A stretch of 64,000 nt of DNA, from NCBI RefSeq assembly GCF_964204865.1, contig NC_135263.1, forward strand, positions 11,036,001-11,100,000, read 5' to 3'. Each line of letters starts with the position of its first letter. Within the stretch, counting starts at the first letter, position 1. The position numbers and the translations under genes are program-made. Under the pieces are notes generated by a model. The model did not search any database. It worked only from the letters and a program-made list of their open reading frames with translations, and was not told the DNA's origin. This stretch comes from Styela clava. Lineage: Eukaryota. Shown here piece by piece: positions 37,132 through 51,100 of the stretch.

Positions 37132-39150
37132 CAGTGGTGGGATTCAGCTGGTTCGCACCGGTTCTATAGAACCGTCTCACGGAAATTTATGAGATCAGCG
37201 AACCGGTTAGCACAGTGGTTCACAACCAGGGTAAAGATTTTGGTGTGCCGCAAAGAGATTTCATTTTTGAATTTATATCAAGTGATTCCAATTTTTAGTC
37301 CCTTGAATTCCAGAAGAATTACTCACAGCTCTTGCTAACAAACAGAAGCGACAAATTTGAGGAGTCGTTTTCAGGTATTTGGGTATTGTTTTAATTCTTA
37401 GTTTTGTATAATGCGCGCCAACACCGTTTCGTAAAATTGAAAATGTCAACCAAGGTTACAAATTATTGTGCGAAATTTTTCCCAAATTTGAGGAAGGAAT
37501 TATTATTTGACTAGCAGAATTGTCATTATTGCCTATTTATTTAATTATTATTCAAATTCAAAATAACATTCAGGATTCACGCAATGACTTTGCAGAGTTT
37601 TTATTCACCATTTAATACGAAAATTAAACAGACACAATAAGAAAGTAAATTCATAAGAAGGTCAACTATCGTCTTTATAAATATCCGCTTTCCGACGTCA
37701 GAAATGATAATATTGTTAGCTCAATTGGGACCATTGGGACAGTTAATTTACAATCGGTGGGGAGAAAGGTCAAAACCGGCGTAAAAGATGAAAATCAGAA
37801 TAAAATCTTTAATAGCCGTCTTCAACATATGTCGCCCATATGAACGCATAGTTCTCCTAAAAATATAAAACCAAACGTTGCGTAAGAATTAGTCCTTGTA
37901 AAAAAAGAGGACTGGCGGAAATAGCTCATCAACATTAGAATTCCTAGCATTCTGGATGCCCATTTTATTTGTATTAAAAATATCCGATATTCGACAATTC
38001 GTTAAAAATATTCGAATAATTCGATTCGATAAAAATATTCTTTTTTGCCCATCCTTGCGATCTGTAATCATGCCAGTAATCAGGCGAAACGAGTGAGAGC
38101 ACAAACACTGATGCAATGAAACTTAATAATAGAACCTTTATTAAATGTAGTAAATTGCACTACTTCACGAAAGCGTGGTGGAATTGACGATTATTTCATA
38201 TCTCGAACGCAGAAACGGTTATTTTCCGGATAGTTTCTGCGGTCGGAAAGTCGAATAAGCGTTTCGACGTAGTAAATGCTATGATCTTTGCCATCAAATT
38301 ATGCTCGGGCCTTGTACGAAATTCATAACGTGAAAAGATTCGTTCATCGGTGAAAATTGTTTATAACAACTTTAAACCTATTTAGTGTTTTAGCGATAAT
38401 AATTAATTGTTGTAATGAAATACGGTTTGTTTGCCTCCTTCATTTATTTCGCTAGTGCCGACAATTACCGTTGAATGATTTTGGCAATGAGAGAAACATT
38501 AAATTGTAACAAAAATAAATTAGGTTGTGCAAAAGTGAGAATACCTGTGATAATAAGAAGGCTACACCCAGGGAAAGGGCGAGAAAAACCAAAGCGTATC
38601 GCGTCACGACTATTACCCGTGCAGCCGCGCATCTTATACAAAAATGTGAGGTGCTCTGATGGTGGGTCTCGTGTACGTTATTGTAAGAAAACAGTTATAA
38701 TATCGGTAACTATTAGCCACCCATTTTAAATACAGGATATGTTATATTAACAAAAATAGAATTTCTCTTATTTGATCTTCTGTGTTTTTGGACACGTAGT
38801 GGCATCGTTCGATCACGATCGTTTCAATATTATGTTGTTCTTGTTCTTGTTGTTATTTGACACAGAGTAACACACCCAGTGGAAATATTAAAAAACCGCT
38901 TTTCTCTTCGAATACTGGACCAATTGCTTTGAAATTTTCAGTGGTTGAAGATAAAATTTTTCCCCAGAAATGTTCCTGTTTTGTGATAGGTGTGCCGCGA
39001 ATATTTAAATAGTTCAATAGTGTGCCGCGACATAAAAAAGGTTGGGAACCACTGGGTTAGCATTACTGAAAAAACATGACTTTTTGTAACAAAACCGGCT
39101 GAAAGATATGTGATGGAACCGGCTGACAAAAAAATTGGATCCCACCACTG
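37132..39150. mobile_element. hAT-like MITE (outer)
   Basis: TIR CAGTGGTGGGAT / ATCCCACCACTG; TSD GATGTAAA / GATGTAAC. Confidence 0.8.
37213..39054. mobile_element. hAT (Charlie-like) element nested in 37132-39150
   Basis: CAGTGGTTCACAACC / GGTTGGGAACCACTG; perfect 8-bp TSD GGTTAGCA; GTGTGCCGCG subterminal motifs. Confidence 0.8.
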
Positions 39151-40050
39151 GATGTAACATATATGATTAACGAGGAAAACTATACAACTGTTTAATTTTA
39201 ATTATGGAATCGATAAAAATTCCCTAAATCGCCAAAAATTTCCTGAAAATGGGAAGTTTGCTGAACTTCTCGTTGTTGCGGGATTGTTCACATGGGATTT
39301 TTTCCTTAACAAAATCGAAAGGACTAGAAGACATTTTTTAGTACGCATGATATGATTTCATATCGATTTCCTGCTATCTCGGATGGATACAAATTGTGTT
39401 CAAAATAGATGTCGGGAATTTTACGACGAAGGAAATATTTGTACACTATTTTCCCGGGTCAAAGGTCGAGTTGACTGACATTACCCAAAAAGGCACAAGG
39501 ATAAGGAACCCATCAAAATAGCTGGGGGGGGGGGGGGGGGGAGTAATTTACGTTGGTACCGGTATGTATATTTATTTCATTAGTTTAATCTGAAGCAACA
39601 AAATTTATAATGTAAAAATTCATATTGGCTATGAAATACAATTTGGCAATACACACACACGCACAAAAAAATGCAGTTTGTTTAGTCTTCCTATTGTTTT
39701 CAGCAAGTTCGTGATCGAATGATTCTCTCCTATTCACTGATTTCATTTCAAATATTTAAGTTAAGTACCGGAATCAGTTGGCAAAAAGATAGGTTTAGAA
39801 AAATAGGTTGAAACAATAAACAGAGTTCAAGTTCAGTACTAGTTGGCCCACCAGTAATTGGAATTTGGGTCATTCTGTCCAGTCATTCAGTCATTGCTGC
39901 ATTGACAGGGAAATCAAGTCTGTTACAGTGTCCTGCTGTCTAGAGGTCTGAGCCATTCAACTTGGTTATCATACATGTTCAGATATTGCTGTATATATTG
40001 ACCTCAACAACCTACCTAGACGTTTCGGCGAACCTACGCCAGCACGCTAC

Positions 40051-40395
40051 TAGGATAGGATAGGATAGGATTTACATATTTATCCCGGGGGAGAGGAAAG
40101 CCAATAAGACGGCTTATCCTTATGGCGAACCACGGCCTCTCGTCCGGTTACCATTCCAAGTCGGGTATGGGATTAGTTGTATTGTTTGTTTTCGGAAGCA
40201 TGGACTTGGTGGTGGAGGAAGCCGTAACCGACCAGCGGTTACGTGAACCACCCAACGACGGCGAGGAGTCCAGCAATCCTCACGCACATAACCATCCCTG
40301 CATGGGATTCGAACCTGCGAACCCACGCAGAGTAATTAGAGGTGCGGTGGCGAGCGTATTCCTAACGCTTAGCCCGTTGAGCCACTCCGCCGCGC
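40051..40395 (-). mobile_element. tRNA-derived SINE, near-intact
   Basis: Nearly identical reverse complement of 17715-18056; (TAGGA)4 tail. Confidence 0.9.
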
Positions 40396-40822
40396 AATTA
40401 CCGCCTATGCAATTACCGTACATAGCCTAGGGCCATGAGGTGACATCTGTATGTCATAAGACTGTAAGACATGTCCTCATATTCTGATATTGCTGTATTG
40501 AGTTAGGAGTTTGTTTATTATTCTTTAAGGACCACTTGTCAACTGCAAAAAGACTATATTCGTTTTTTAAATTTGTGACATGAAAACATCACCATTGGAT
40601 TCTTCAAAAAAGAAGGGGTTTACACTTACTGTTTGTTTGATGTCTTTCAATGTGGGGGCTATTCTTGGAATCGAAGAACTAATATTCTGATATACAGATA
40701 ATATATGATATACAGAGACCCTGAGACCAGAGATATGCTGATAAATGTGAACATTTTCTTGTCCTGGCCTTTCCTCTTTTCTTATTCCAGTTTGATTTAT
40801 TTTTCAGTTTTTAGTCTATAAA

Positions 40823-42106
40823 ATGACTGCCCCTATGGCAGAAACTGAGGATGATTGGGGAAATTTTTCATCAAATTCATTTTCATGTGATGGAAAAAAG
40901 GAGGATTGCTTCAGTGATGATTATTTCAATTCTTTTGGAAATGGAATAACGCAAGGTCTGAATAATTGCACAACATTGAACGTTGCAGAGAATTATGGAA
41001 GTATGGAAGATTTGGTTAAAAAGTTTGAGCAGAAGATTTCAAAATGTTTTAAGATACAAAATAAATCAAGTAACAATGATAAAATTGTAAAACCATTACA
41101 AACATTAAATGATATTTTAGACTACAATGATATTTGGAAGTCGATCACTGATAACTATGGATTAGTTAAACCATTGGATTGGTGTAGTTCACAAATTCGT
41201 AAATTACACATTCCTGCTCTGGATCTCAACATATCAGACCAAAGCAATGTAGAAAAAGATCTCGATGGATATTCAGAATTTGAAAGCAATGAGCTTAAAA
41301 ATCAAATGGATTTTCACAAATTAATTGAGTATAATGTATACTCAGAATGTGAGCCTTATCAAATGTCTTGTCAGAATTCTGAAACAACTGGAAATGGGAA
41401 ATTACAATCTGCGGATGAAGTCATTCAAGAACTAGAAGAAATTATGTTGGATGCAGATGAGCAGGACGCAGCATTTGACGACGAGTTGGAACAACAAACT
41501 GGAATTATCATTGCTGATACTGATGGAAGCATAGATGCATTTTCAATTGAAAACGACCTGATGAGTGACGAGAGCAGTATAATTTATGGACGTAACTTGG
41601 GATCGCCATCCAGTCAGGAGGAAAGTGACAGAGCGTCTAGTCTGAAACAAATGTCAATTGCGGAATTAAATGAAGAGCTGTGTAGCTTGGAAAGTACTGT
41701 CAAGTTTCTTTCAGAAGATTTGTTGAATCAGTTAAATTTTCGCGATGAGCTTTTATACGAGAAAGAAGTTCGTAACACATTTATTTCCAAAATATTAGAA
41801 GTTCAACGTAAACAGGAACAATTTCAGCAGAATGATAAAGCGCATTCTAGCAGATTCAAGTTAGGGAAATTGTCAAAAAGTTTCAGCATGTCAAATGCAT
41901 CAGTGTCATCCTCTCCTGGGAGATTTCTCACTACTGTAATTCCTTTTGACGAAGGTGGTGTTCCTCCACTAGAGGGTCTTCAGGCTCTTATTAAATTACT
42001 AGATGCCATCAAAGCAGATAGTGAAGAAGTGCCGTCGTTGATAACCAACTATATATTGAAAGTATTAGTTCCGGCACCGACAAGCGCACGCACTTTGACT
42101 TTATAA
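40823..42106 (+). CDS. Fasciculation and elongation protein zeta (FEZ1/FEZ2, UNC-76 family), intronless CDS
   Basis: SMEDLVKKFEQKISKCF, WKSITDNYGLVKPLDW, ADEVIQELEEIM, RDELLYEKEVRNTFIS, LTTVIPF and VPSLITNYILKVL match the UNC-76/FEZ signature blocks. Confidence 0.9.
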   Translation: MTAPMAETEDDWGNFSSNSFSCDGKKEDCFSDDYFNSFGNGITQGLNNCTTLNVAENYGSMEDLVKKFEQKISKCFKIQNKSSNNDKIVKPLQTLNDILDYNDIWKSITDNYGLVKPLDWCSSQIRKLHIPALDLNISDQSNVEKDLDGYSEFESNELKNQMDFHKLIEYNVYSECEPYQMSCQNSETTGNGKLQSADEVIQELEEIMLDADEQDAAFDDELEQQTGIIIADTDGSIDAFSIENDLMSDESSIIYGRNLGSPSSQEESDRASSLKQMSIAELNEELCSLESTVKFLSEDLLNQLNFRDELLYEKEVRNTFISKILEVQRKQEQFQQNDKAHSSRFKLGKLSKSFSMSNASVSSSPGRFLTTVIPFDEGGVPPLEGLQALIKLLDAIKADSEEVPSLITNYILKVLVPAPTSARTLTL

Positions 42107-45100
42107 GATGCCGCAATTCAAATGACGCATGGTTATTTATTTATTTGACTTTTCAATGCAGCTTTTCCTAGGAAAAGTTATTCCAAGTTCGTCCATTTCA
42201 AATTGTGTTATTTTATTGGTAATTCTATTATTTGATCAGCTTCATGGTCAAATTTTTGTGTAGTTTGTCCCACTCAATGATAATGTTCCTAAAGATGTAT
42301 TAATTAGTTTGCAGTTACCGGTAATCAATATAGTGATGCTCCATTATGAAATTAACAGTCTTAATTGTGTTGTGATCGCCCTCTACTCAGTTTAAATTGG
42401 CATACTTTGGGGGTACGTCATAGTATCAATATTGTAATGTATAGAGTATCGCAAATAAGACAATATTTTGTGACATAAATTGATTTTTCAACGTTATATA
42501 TTATATATTGACGCTTTCCGCTTTCATAACCAAATTCTGGAGTTATTTGGATATCTCTCTGCAGCAGTGTGCTAAATTTACCTATGTTATAAGGAATTAT
42601 GAATTTGCAATTGCTACAAAACTTTACATTGCTTGCCAGTTAGTCATTCATGATAGGTTTAACTTTTATTATTTTGTTATTTATCTTTGCTTTGTTCCCA
42701 TAACATTATTCACTTTGCCAGAATCTTTTTTTATTGAATTCTTCATTTTATATCCGTCAAATCATTATGCAAGATAACCCGTTAGAAATAAATTTTTTAA
42801 ATCGGTACATTTTATTTAGTAAAGTATGGTAGTTAATAAAATATAATTGTATGAAGGTTATTACACTTTTCAAGCCATATCTTGACGCTTTTTCAATATC
42901 AGTATTGAGTAATTTTAGTGCAGTATTGGTAAAAAGATCGGATGTGGATGGGACTTTTTGTTGCTACTACTACAATAATTAATTTGTCAAGTGAAACGTT
43001 TTTTTCATATTTCATATACTTCTGTGTATGTTAAGTGTTGTAGGAATATACCTCAAATCATACTCCACTGGGCATAACTTAATATTCAAACATAATCAGA
43101 CAGACATACTGACTACTTGGCCACATTGTGCCGGAACAAATTCTTTGTATACTTAATTGATTTCATAATAATTTCAATAATAAATTTAAAACAAAAGCTG
43201 GCGACACTGTTGTACATTTTTAAAGGGGTGCCGTGTGTGTATGATGTTAATAATACTTAATTTGTTAAATGCTTTACCTGCAATTGATTGTTATTTAATT
43301 ATTCTCAGTGTTAATGAATATTAGTTTCGATTGAGCTGTTTATCAGGTTTTTATAACTCTGTAATTCACTTCTTTGTCAACATAGTAATTGCAACAGTGG
43401 TGCCTGCTGTAGAATTCAATTATCATTATATATTTAACAGTATCGTAATCTCAACCTATTGTCAAACATGTTCTTTAATGATACAATTTATTTTTTTTGC
43501 TGACACTTCTTCACGAGCAAAAATATGTACTCTGTAAAAATTGTCCTTTCTAGACTTGAGGTGTGCAACCAGATTCCTGTATTTAGAGTTTTATGTGGGA
43601 TTTTATAACTCCAATTGCATATATCATGATTTGCTACAAAAATTTTGCTACAATTTTCCTATAAATCAAGGTTTTATCTGAAAAAGAATTCTAGAAAATT
43701 AAACTATTAAATATGAATATCTCGGTAAACGTTTGAACAATGAATTAAATGTAGGCAGCGATTTAAAAATATCAATCTATTGTATAATGAACATCTCCTG
43801 AGTTTATTATTTTCAGTCGCTAAGACTGGATTATATATACCAGTATATATTCCCAAATCTTTTTTGGAAATTCATATTAATCCTGCACTGCACACTGATT
43901 TTAAATAGGTTCATGTTTTTTTTCAAACTCAATATTCAAACAAATAGTTTTCTGTCTGTTCTTAATTTTTGTCATTTCTATTGATTATGGTATTTTATCA
44001 GCAAATACTAACTGTTATAATTTTCATCCAAGACACTTTACTACTCTTCATTTTTCTTCAAAAACATTACTACTTTTTTTTCACACTTCTTGTGATTGCT
44101 TAATAATTGATGTTTGCATGAGTAAATTATATTAATTATTGTATTAATTATCACTTGCTCTTTTTACTTGCCCAGTTCTAGTTTGTGGCCACACAGTCCC
44201 ATTTTATACTATGTTTGTATCATACTTGATATGAATAGATTGTTCATGTTTGACTTGCCCTAACTAAAATAAGGACCATTTTTATCGCGTATTTTCTATA
44301 TAAATATTTAATACTCAGAATAGATATATAATATCAAATATTGTTAATAAATTGAGAAGGCAACTTTTTATAGGAGCAGTTAAAATAACTTATTTTAGTA
44401 CAATTCATATTTTGTTATACAAAAATTCTGTAGTATATTATTCGTCAACATCAAATTGATTTCTAGTCATATTAGAGTATCCACTGTTGGGTTATTATAG
44501 CATTTTATTGAGGGTGCTGTTATTTATCATTATAATTAGTTATATTATATTTTGTCGAATAAATATCAAGAAAATCATTTTTAAATTTTTAGTACAAGTC
44601 ACAACATAATTTCGGGATTTGATACATTTTTTCGATGTTCCACTAGAAATTGTTTATGTTAGGCATGTAACCATAATTTATACCCATTTTAAAATTTCAT
44701 GTGTTTTAAATTAATTTATGCTAATAATTTCTAGAAAAAGTTCTCATGAGTAAGAGCATAATTTTTGTAGCAGCCAGTGTCCCATGTGTTTTTTTGGTGT
44801 AGTATTGCTTCGAAATTGCCAGAAAGATGTTAAAACCGGGAAATCTTGCCTTGAAGTGACCCAACATTATTACTATTTTTCTGATTTGTATTATTATCAG
44901 TATGAACACAGAAGCGATTATCCAAAAATCAGAATAATTTCGAGATGGTACACTTTTAATTAGTACCGTATTCTATATTTATCATATGTCAATGCCCCAT
45001 ACAGTGTCAACAATTTTTACTTTTCCTATTTTTGCTAATTTTATATCTTCATCTGTATTGTTTGATCTTCATGACTTCATTTAATAATTGTTTTCAATTT

Positions 45101-45177
45101 TTTCACAATGTTTTATGTCATAAGTTAGAACAATATTCTTAAAATAGAAATTTGGATTTAAATATCTCAAAATAAAT

Positions 45178-48100
45178 ATGGAAGATGAAGATAACCAAGA
45201 TGAAGCTGCATGGGATGATCAGGCCGAAGGAGTAAGTAGCAGAGATCACATTGGAGATGATTCAATAAAATATATTGTTGCAAAAAAAATGTTTTTATTA
45301 ATTCTAATTTAGACTATCTTGCTGTATTTCTTTTGCAATGAATATAATAGCCTAATTCCTGTTCGGTATTCAAACAATTGAAAAGTCCTTTTTATTTCTT
45401 GACTCAACTGAATATGTGGTAATATTTACACAGAACAACCTAAATATTGTGGGGTATTGAAGTACCAAGTTTTTTTTTTTAATAGTTGATAATATGTACA
45501 GGACAAATTATTTGTGGGAATCTGTTATCAAAATAAAGATATTTGTGTAATGTTTGCTATATATGCAACTATTTAATTGCATATTCACCAATTAAATTAA
45601 ATAGTTTTTGGAAATTATGATTTGCTTTTGAGATAACAGGTACTCAATATTATTATTATATTGTAGATATCTTCTTTCTGGTAACGTAAGCAAGTTACAT
45701 CTAACTTTTCGAAATTATTTTAATTTTTTTTTGTGCCTGTCAAGTATCTTAAGTTCAAAACCCATAACCACAATCTCACCCAGGGTGTAATATATTGAAT
45801 ACGCAAAGTAGAATTGGAAAGATTCCGTTCCTGGCTGCTTGTTCTGAGCCTTGTTCAGACTTAACATTTGATAAAATTCAAAATAAATTGGCAGTCGTAT
45901 AGCTTCTTGTGAAGCACACCAAAAATTGGAGACTGTTTTTATTGGTCATCAATATTGTAGACTTTGGTTGTTTGCAAAGTAGAAAGTATTGATTTATTGA
46001 ATCTGATCTTAACAGGTAATATTGATTTATTAGTTTCGTTTTCTAATAAATGGTCAAAATGGGTTTTACTTTTTCCTAGGTTGGTGCCCAAGCTGAGATT
46101 GGTGATGATATGGAAGCAACACGAAATGAATGTTTGAAAAATTTAGCAAGTACTGATTATATCATGGAGCCTTCCATTTTTAACACTCTCAAAGGGCAAG
46201 ATATTATTTACTTTATGAATACCTATGTCCATGTTTTTTTAGCCTTATTTTTTATAGGTTTCAATTTTCAACTGATATAATTGATAAATTTTCTATATAA
46301 AGGAATAATATAACAATGGAGATCTCTTTATTATTTATTGATATACACGCCATCGTAATAATGATTGGACACAAGGCTGTTGTTTTTCATATGGTTTAGT
46401 TATCGACTGTTTGCGCCTTTAATATAAATTAGAGTATTGAAACTTATGGTATACAAAGGATTTGAAAAGGCCAGAATTTTTTTTGAAAAAGTTTTAAAAT
46501 TTTTGTAATAGAATATATCCTAAATTGGGTAATGTTTAAGAGAGAGTTGCTCAAATTGCTGTTGTATTCTTGAATAGCATATTGTAAAAAATTAACATTG
46601 CTGTTAACTTGGCTTGAATTCTCTGTCGGATGTTGATGCTTAATATTTTTTATGAATTTACATTCTAACATATGCATAATTAATGCATAACTTTCTATAT
46701 TAAAAATTATTGATTTTGGAGGTATTCAAAATTTGAATCTTTGTTTTGTACATCTCACAGAAATATATTGAGAGCCATAACATCAAAATTTGGATGTCAC
46801 TCACATCAATACTTTTTTCGGGGCTCCTGAAGTATGCGAACCAAGATGGCGGACATCGGAATGTAATATGTGTACTAGGTTAGGGTTAGGCCATAATTTT
46901 AGATACAAATACTACGGGAGGCACTTGGCTACTCTTCGAACTCATAATAGGACTAAAATAAGGAAAATTGGAATAAAATTATGGCCTAACCTTAACCTGT
47001 TACCCATGCTACATTCCGATGTCTGCCATCTTGGTTCGCATACTTCAGGAGCACCCTTTTTTCTTTATCATGTTCACAATTATTTATATTTCTCTTGGAT
47101 TTTAGGTATTTCCAAGCAGGAGGGATGCCAGAAAAAGTTGTTGAATTATTGTCTGATAATTATACTGCTGTTGCACAAACTGTCAATCTTCTTGCTGAAT
47201 GGTTGATTATGTGTGGTAAGTCTTAGTAATGCATTCATGCTCTATGTATCTACCATATTCTTGTAAACAATTAGTGTTAAAAGTTAATTAAGTGGGTAGA
47301 CGCAGTTATATAATTGTGGTTAACTTTTTATTTTGGGACATGACGCGTACATATGGAAGTTTCGCAACTAATGCAAGCATCGAGTTAAAAAATGGAAGTA
47401 GTCCTTATAAGGTTAATGCTTTTATTTTCCAAGCCCCATGTGACTTGATATTTCGAGGAACTGTTTGCTTTAATTAAATGGGAACGGTTTTTATCCCATA
47501 TTGTGCAACTGCTTCCATATTGTATGCTTGCCGATCTTTTCGGAAAACTCTGTGCCTTCTTGCATTGATACTATGAGATTTGCTACATGTTTGAAATCGT
47601 ACAAATGAAAATGATACAAATAAAGGTACATTTTTGACAGACATGTATAAATTTTACTATTTTCTACATACTCATTTATTTGGTAACTGATTATGAATGA
47701 TACTTTTCAGTCATTCCAAGCCTAGCAGCCTAATGGGGATTAGTAGAAGCTTGTATTTGTCTTTGTTCGGAACCATGTGACATAGTGCTTGTAAAACGAT
47801 TTTTCCATTTATGGAGATATAAAAAAGCAGCGAAAATAAAACATGTTTTGAAGAATTAATTGTTTTTCTTATTCAAAAAAAATTAAAAAAAAAGTACATT
47901 CGGTAAGTAATTGGCTGGATGCAATCCCACACCTTTTACCTTTCATTGCAAAATATTATTAATACAATCTTTTTGATTTATGGATAACGTTAATTCCAAG
48001 CGCAGTTTTAAAGTTCTATGGTTCATTAATGTTGTTACAAAATTATCCATATTTTTAAAATAGGTTTAGCTCCTACAGAAGTACAAGATATGGTTGAAAA

Positions 48101-51100
48101 TCATTTGAAAGATCTTTTGCTGAAACATTTCGATCCAAAGAAAGCAGATACTATATTTACAGAAGAGGGAGAGGTACTAATTTTTTACAAAAAAATTTCT
48201 TCAATCTAAGCCATACATACTTTCTGGTATATGTGTGGCCCTACTTGAAGATGTATTGAAAATATTTGTTGATAGGAGATTGTTTCATCAAGCGTGATTC
48301 ATGACTTTGTATATTTCATATTAAAAATATTTTTTGCCCATAATAATCAGATTTTTTTTAAGAATTTGGACTGGTATGTAGATATGTTATATCTTTAACA
48401 TGTATACTTTTTAATTCGGAATTAGTTGGAATATTTCAATGATCTCTTTGTAGGTACTATGCTTTACAACTTGACAATCATTTAGTTTTCAACTGTAATT
48501 GATTGCAAGGTTATTTGTTTGTGGTGAATAGCTGATAATCAGATAATTAGAGCGTAGTGTTCTTAACGACCTTGATTTGAAATTTTTGACCCAGATGACC
48601 TTGTAAAGTAAATTTGATTAAATAATGACTTTATAATTTATTTATTACTAACTAGCTTTTCAAATCCTTCAGACACCATCATGGCTTGAAAGCATGATTG
48701 CTCATCAAAAATGGAGACAATTATTTTACAAATTGGCTGAAGAATATCCTGAATGCCTCATGTTGAATTTCACTGTCAAGGTATTATTTAGTAGTCAAAT
48801 CGTTGGTACCTCAAGTGTCAGAATAATTTTATAGAAAAATGTTTTTCCATCTTTTTTAGCATTCTGTATATGCAGATTTGCACTGGTATAACCTATGATG
48901 CGTTCTTATACCAGCCTCATTATTATGAACTTTCTGTTTTCGGACTCCAAAAAATGATTTAGTTTATGTCATCACTCATCAGTTGCGCGCTGTTATATTC
49001 TATAACTCTCCCCAGAACTACAATGTAGAATTCTCTTCCCCTCTAACTTTGTATAATTTGATTTTAGCTGATATCTGATGCTGGTTATCAAGGCGAAATA
49101 ACAAACGTGTCAACAGCATGTACACAACTGGAAGTATTTTCTCGTGTTTTAAGAACTTGTCTTGCAACAATACTTGATGCTGGAGGAGAGGCCGCTCTTG
49201 ATAAGAATATTCCTGATTTTGCAGTATGTTATTTATTCGCTAACTGGAATCATCCAAAACTTCAATATAAAGAAAAATTGGGGGCGTTAACCGAGGGTGT
49301 GTACTCAGAGTACACTTATCGCAATTACATCTATGGTAGTAGCATTTGAGTGATATATATCAAATTTCCAATATTAAATATTTGTCTGTATATTTACCAG
49401 TTCATTGAATTTTTTCCATGAGATATTTCACATCTTTGCTCAGAACAAGGCTCTGCATGAGCAGGTGCCAGTGACATGCGTCATTCCAGATAATATTGAT
49501 TATTGTTGTATCATGGTTTAAATATAATTTTGTTTTGAGATTTGAGATTTTGATATTAATTTAGATATGTTTTGGAGTAATTTTGATATAACTTATATGC
49601 ATTATAGAAAATGGTCTGTCATGCCGAACATACATATTTATATGCACAAGTCGTCATGGCTGTTTTGGCAAAAGAGAAAAACGGTGGATCGGTGGCTCGG
49701 CGAATAAGCCAGGAAGTACAAAAATACGCTAAAAACAGGTCAGAAAATGTCTTTCGATCAGAGTAATTTATTAGGATGAAAGTACAAAAAGTATAAACAT
49801 GATCAACACAAGTTTTTATACTGGATATTAGTATTCTTTTATATAATTTATAAAGGTAATTACCATAATTTTTGTATGGACATGATTTTTTTGGGATTTT
49901 CATGGTTTTTATATTGTCATTCATGTACAACTTGAAGACCTTAAAATTTAGTTTGGTTTTATTTGTACATCCGAGTCACAGGTATTTTCATTCATTTTTG
50001 ATACATACAGCTAGGGATTGCCAAAACAAATTGAATGTTGAATCTATTCAAAATCAGCCGTTTACTTTCACGATATTATGAATTGTTTTCAGGAATAGAT
50101 TCTGATGAAAACCAATGTTTTTTTTAATTCTAGAACTGTAATAATAAAAATAAATGGAAACAATGCTTATCTCAACTATTCTTCATTTACAAAATTCATT
50201 TCTATCGATTATCAACAATTTATTAAAGTTGAGCTTGTCCAATATAGAATATATATTTAATATTCCAGATTCGGAAATTTTCTCCTCGGAATAGCAAATT
50301 GATTTTTATTTTATTTTCACTTTTCAGGGGGCATGATGTAACACATATCACTTTAGCTTTGAGTAATACAGCATCACATTTACGAGCCAGTCAAAGTATA
50401 ATGTCATTATTATCGAAAGGACAATTGAATCCAGGAGACATTACTATTCTACATAAATTGTATTCTGGAAATGATCCTCCACCAGTCGAATTACTTAGAG
50501 TAAGAACGTTTTTATATGATAATATTTTCTATTTAAGATTATTAATATTTGTAAGAACATTTTTCCTATCTCTGTTGTTTGCTGTTATTTTCTTGTTATA
50601 TTAATAATACTCTGTGTTGAGATTTTATTAATTTATACATTAACCATCTCATCTCCGATTTCTCAAGAGATTATCTGTAAGAGAGGTGTCGTTTATTACG
50701 CCCTAATTTACTGCACAAAACATATTAACAACTTTGTCTTCTAATTATCTGATGCAATGTCATTATTGACGTACAAGAAGTGAACTTTTGGGTCATTGCT
50801 AAATTGTTTTTGTTTATAATATTGTTGTTAAGACTAAAAAGAACTTTTGCCTACAACTACCAAACTAACTTAACTCAAATTTTTATTAGTTAAAGATGGA
50901 ATTCTTTACTTAAAAAGGCTATTTTAATTTTTTTTTATGCTTTGCTCAAAATTTTAAAATATTGTGCTTTCCCATCGCTGATCAATTCTGACAAGCGTGA
51001 ACTCTTAAGAATTGATTATTTTCACTGTATCACTGTCTTCATGTCAGAATAATTACAGTGCATATATTATTTTTAAGTATGGTCATCAGATCTCTTTTCT

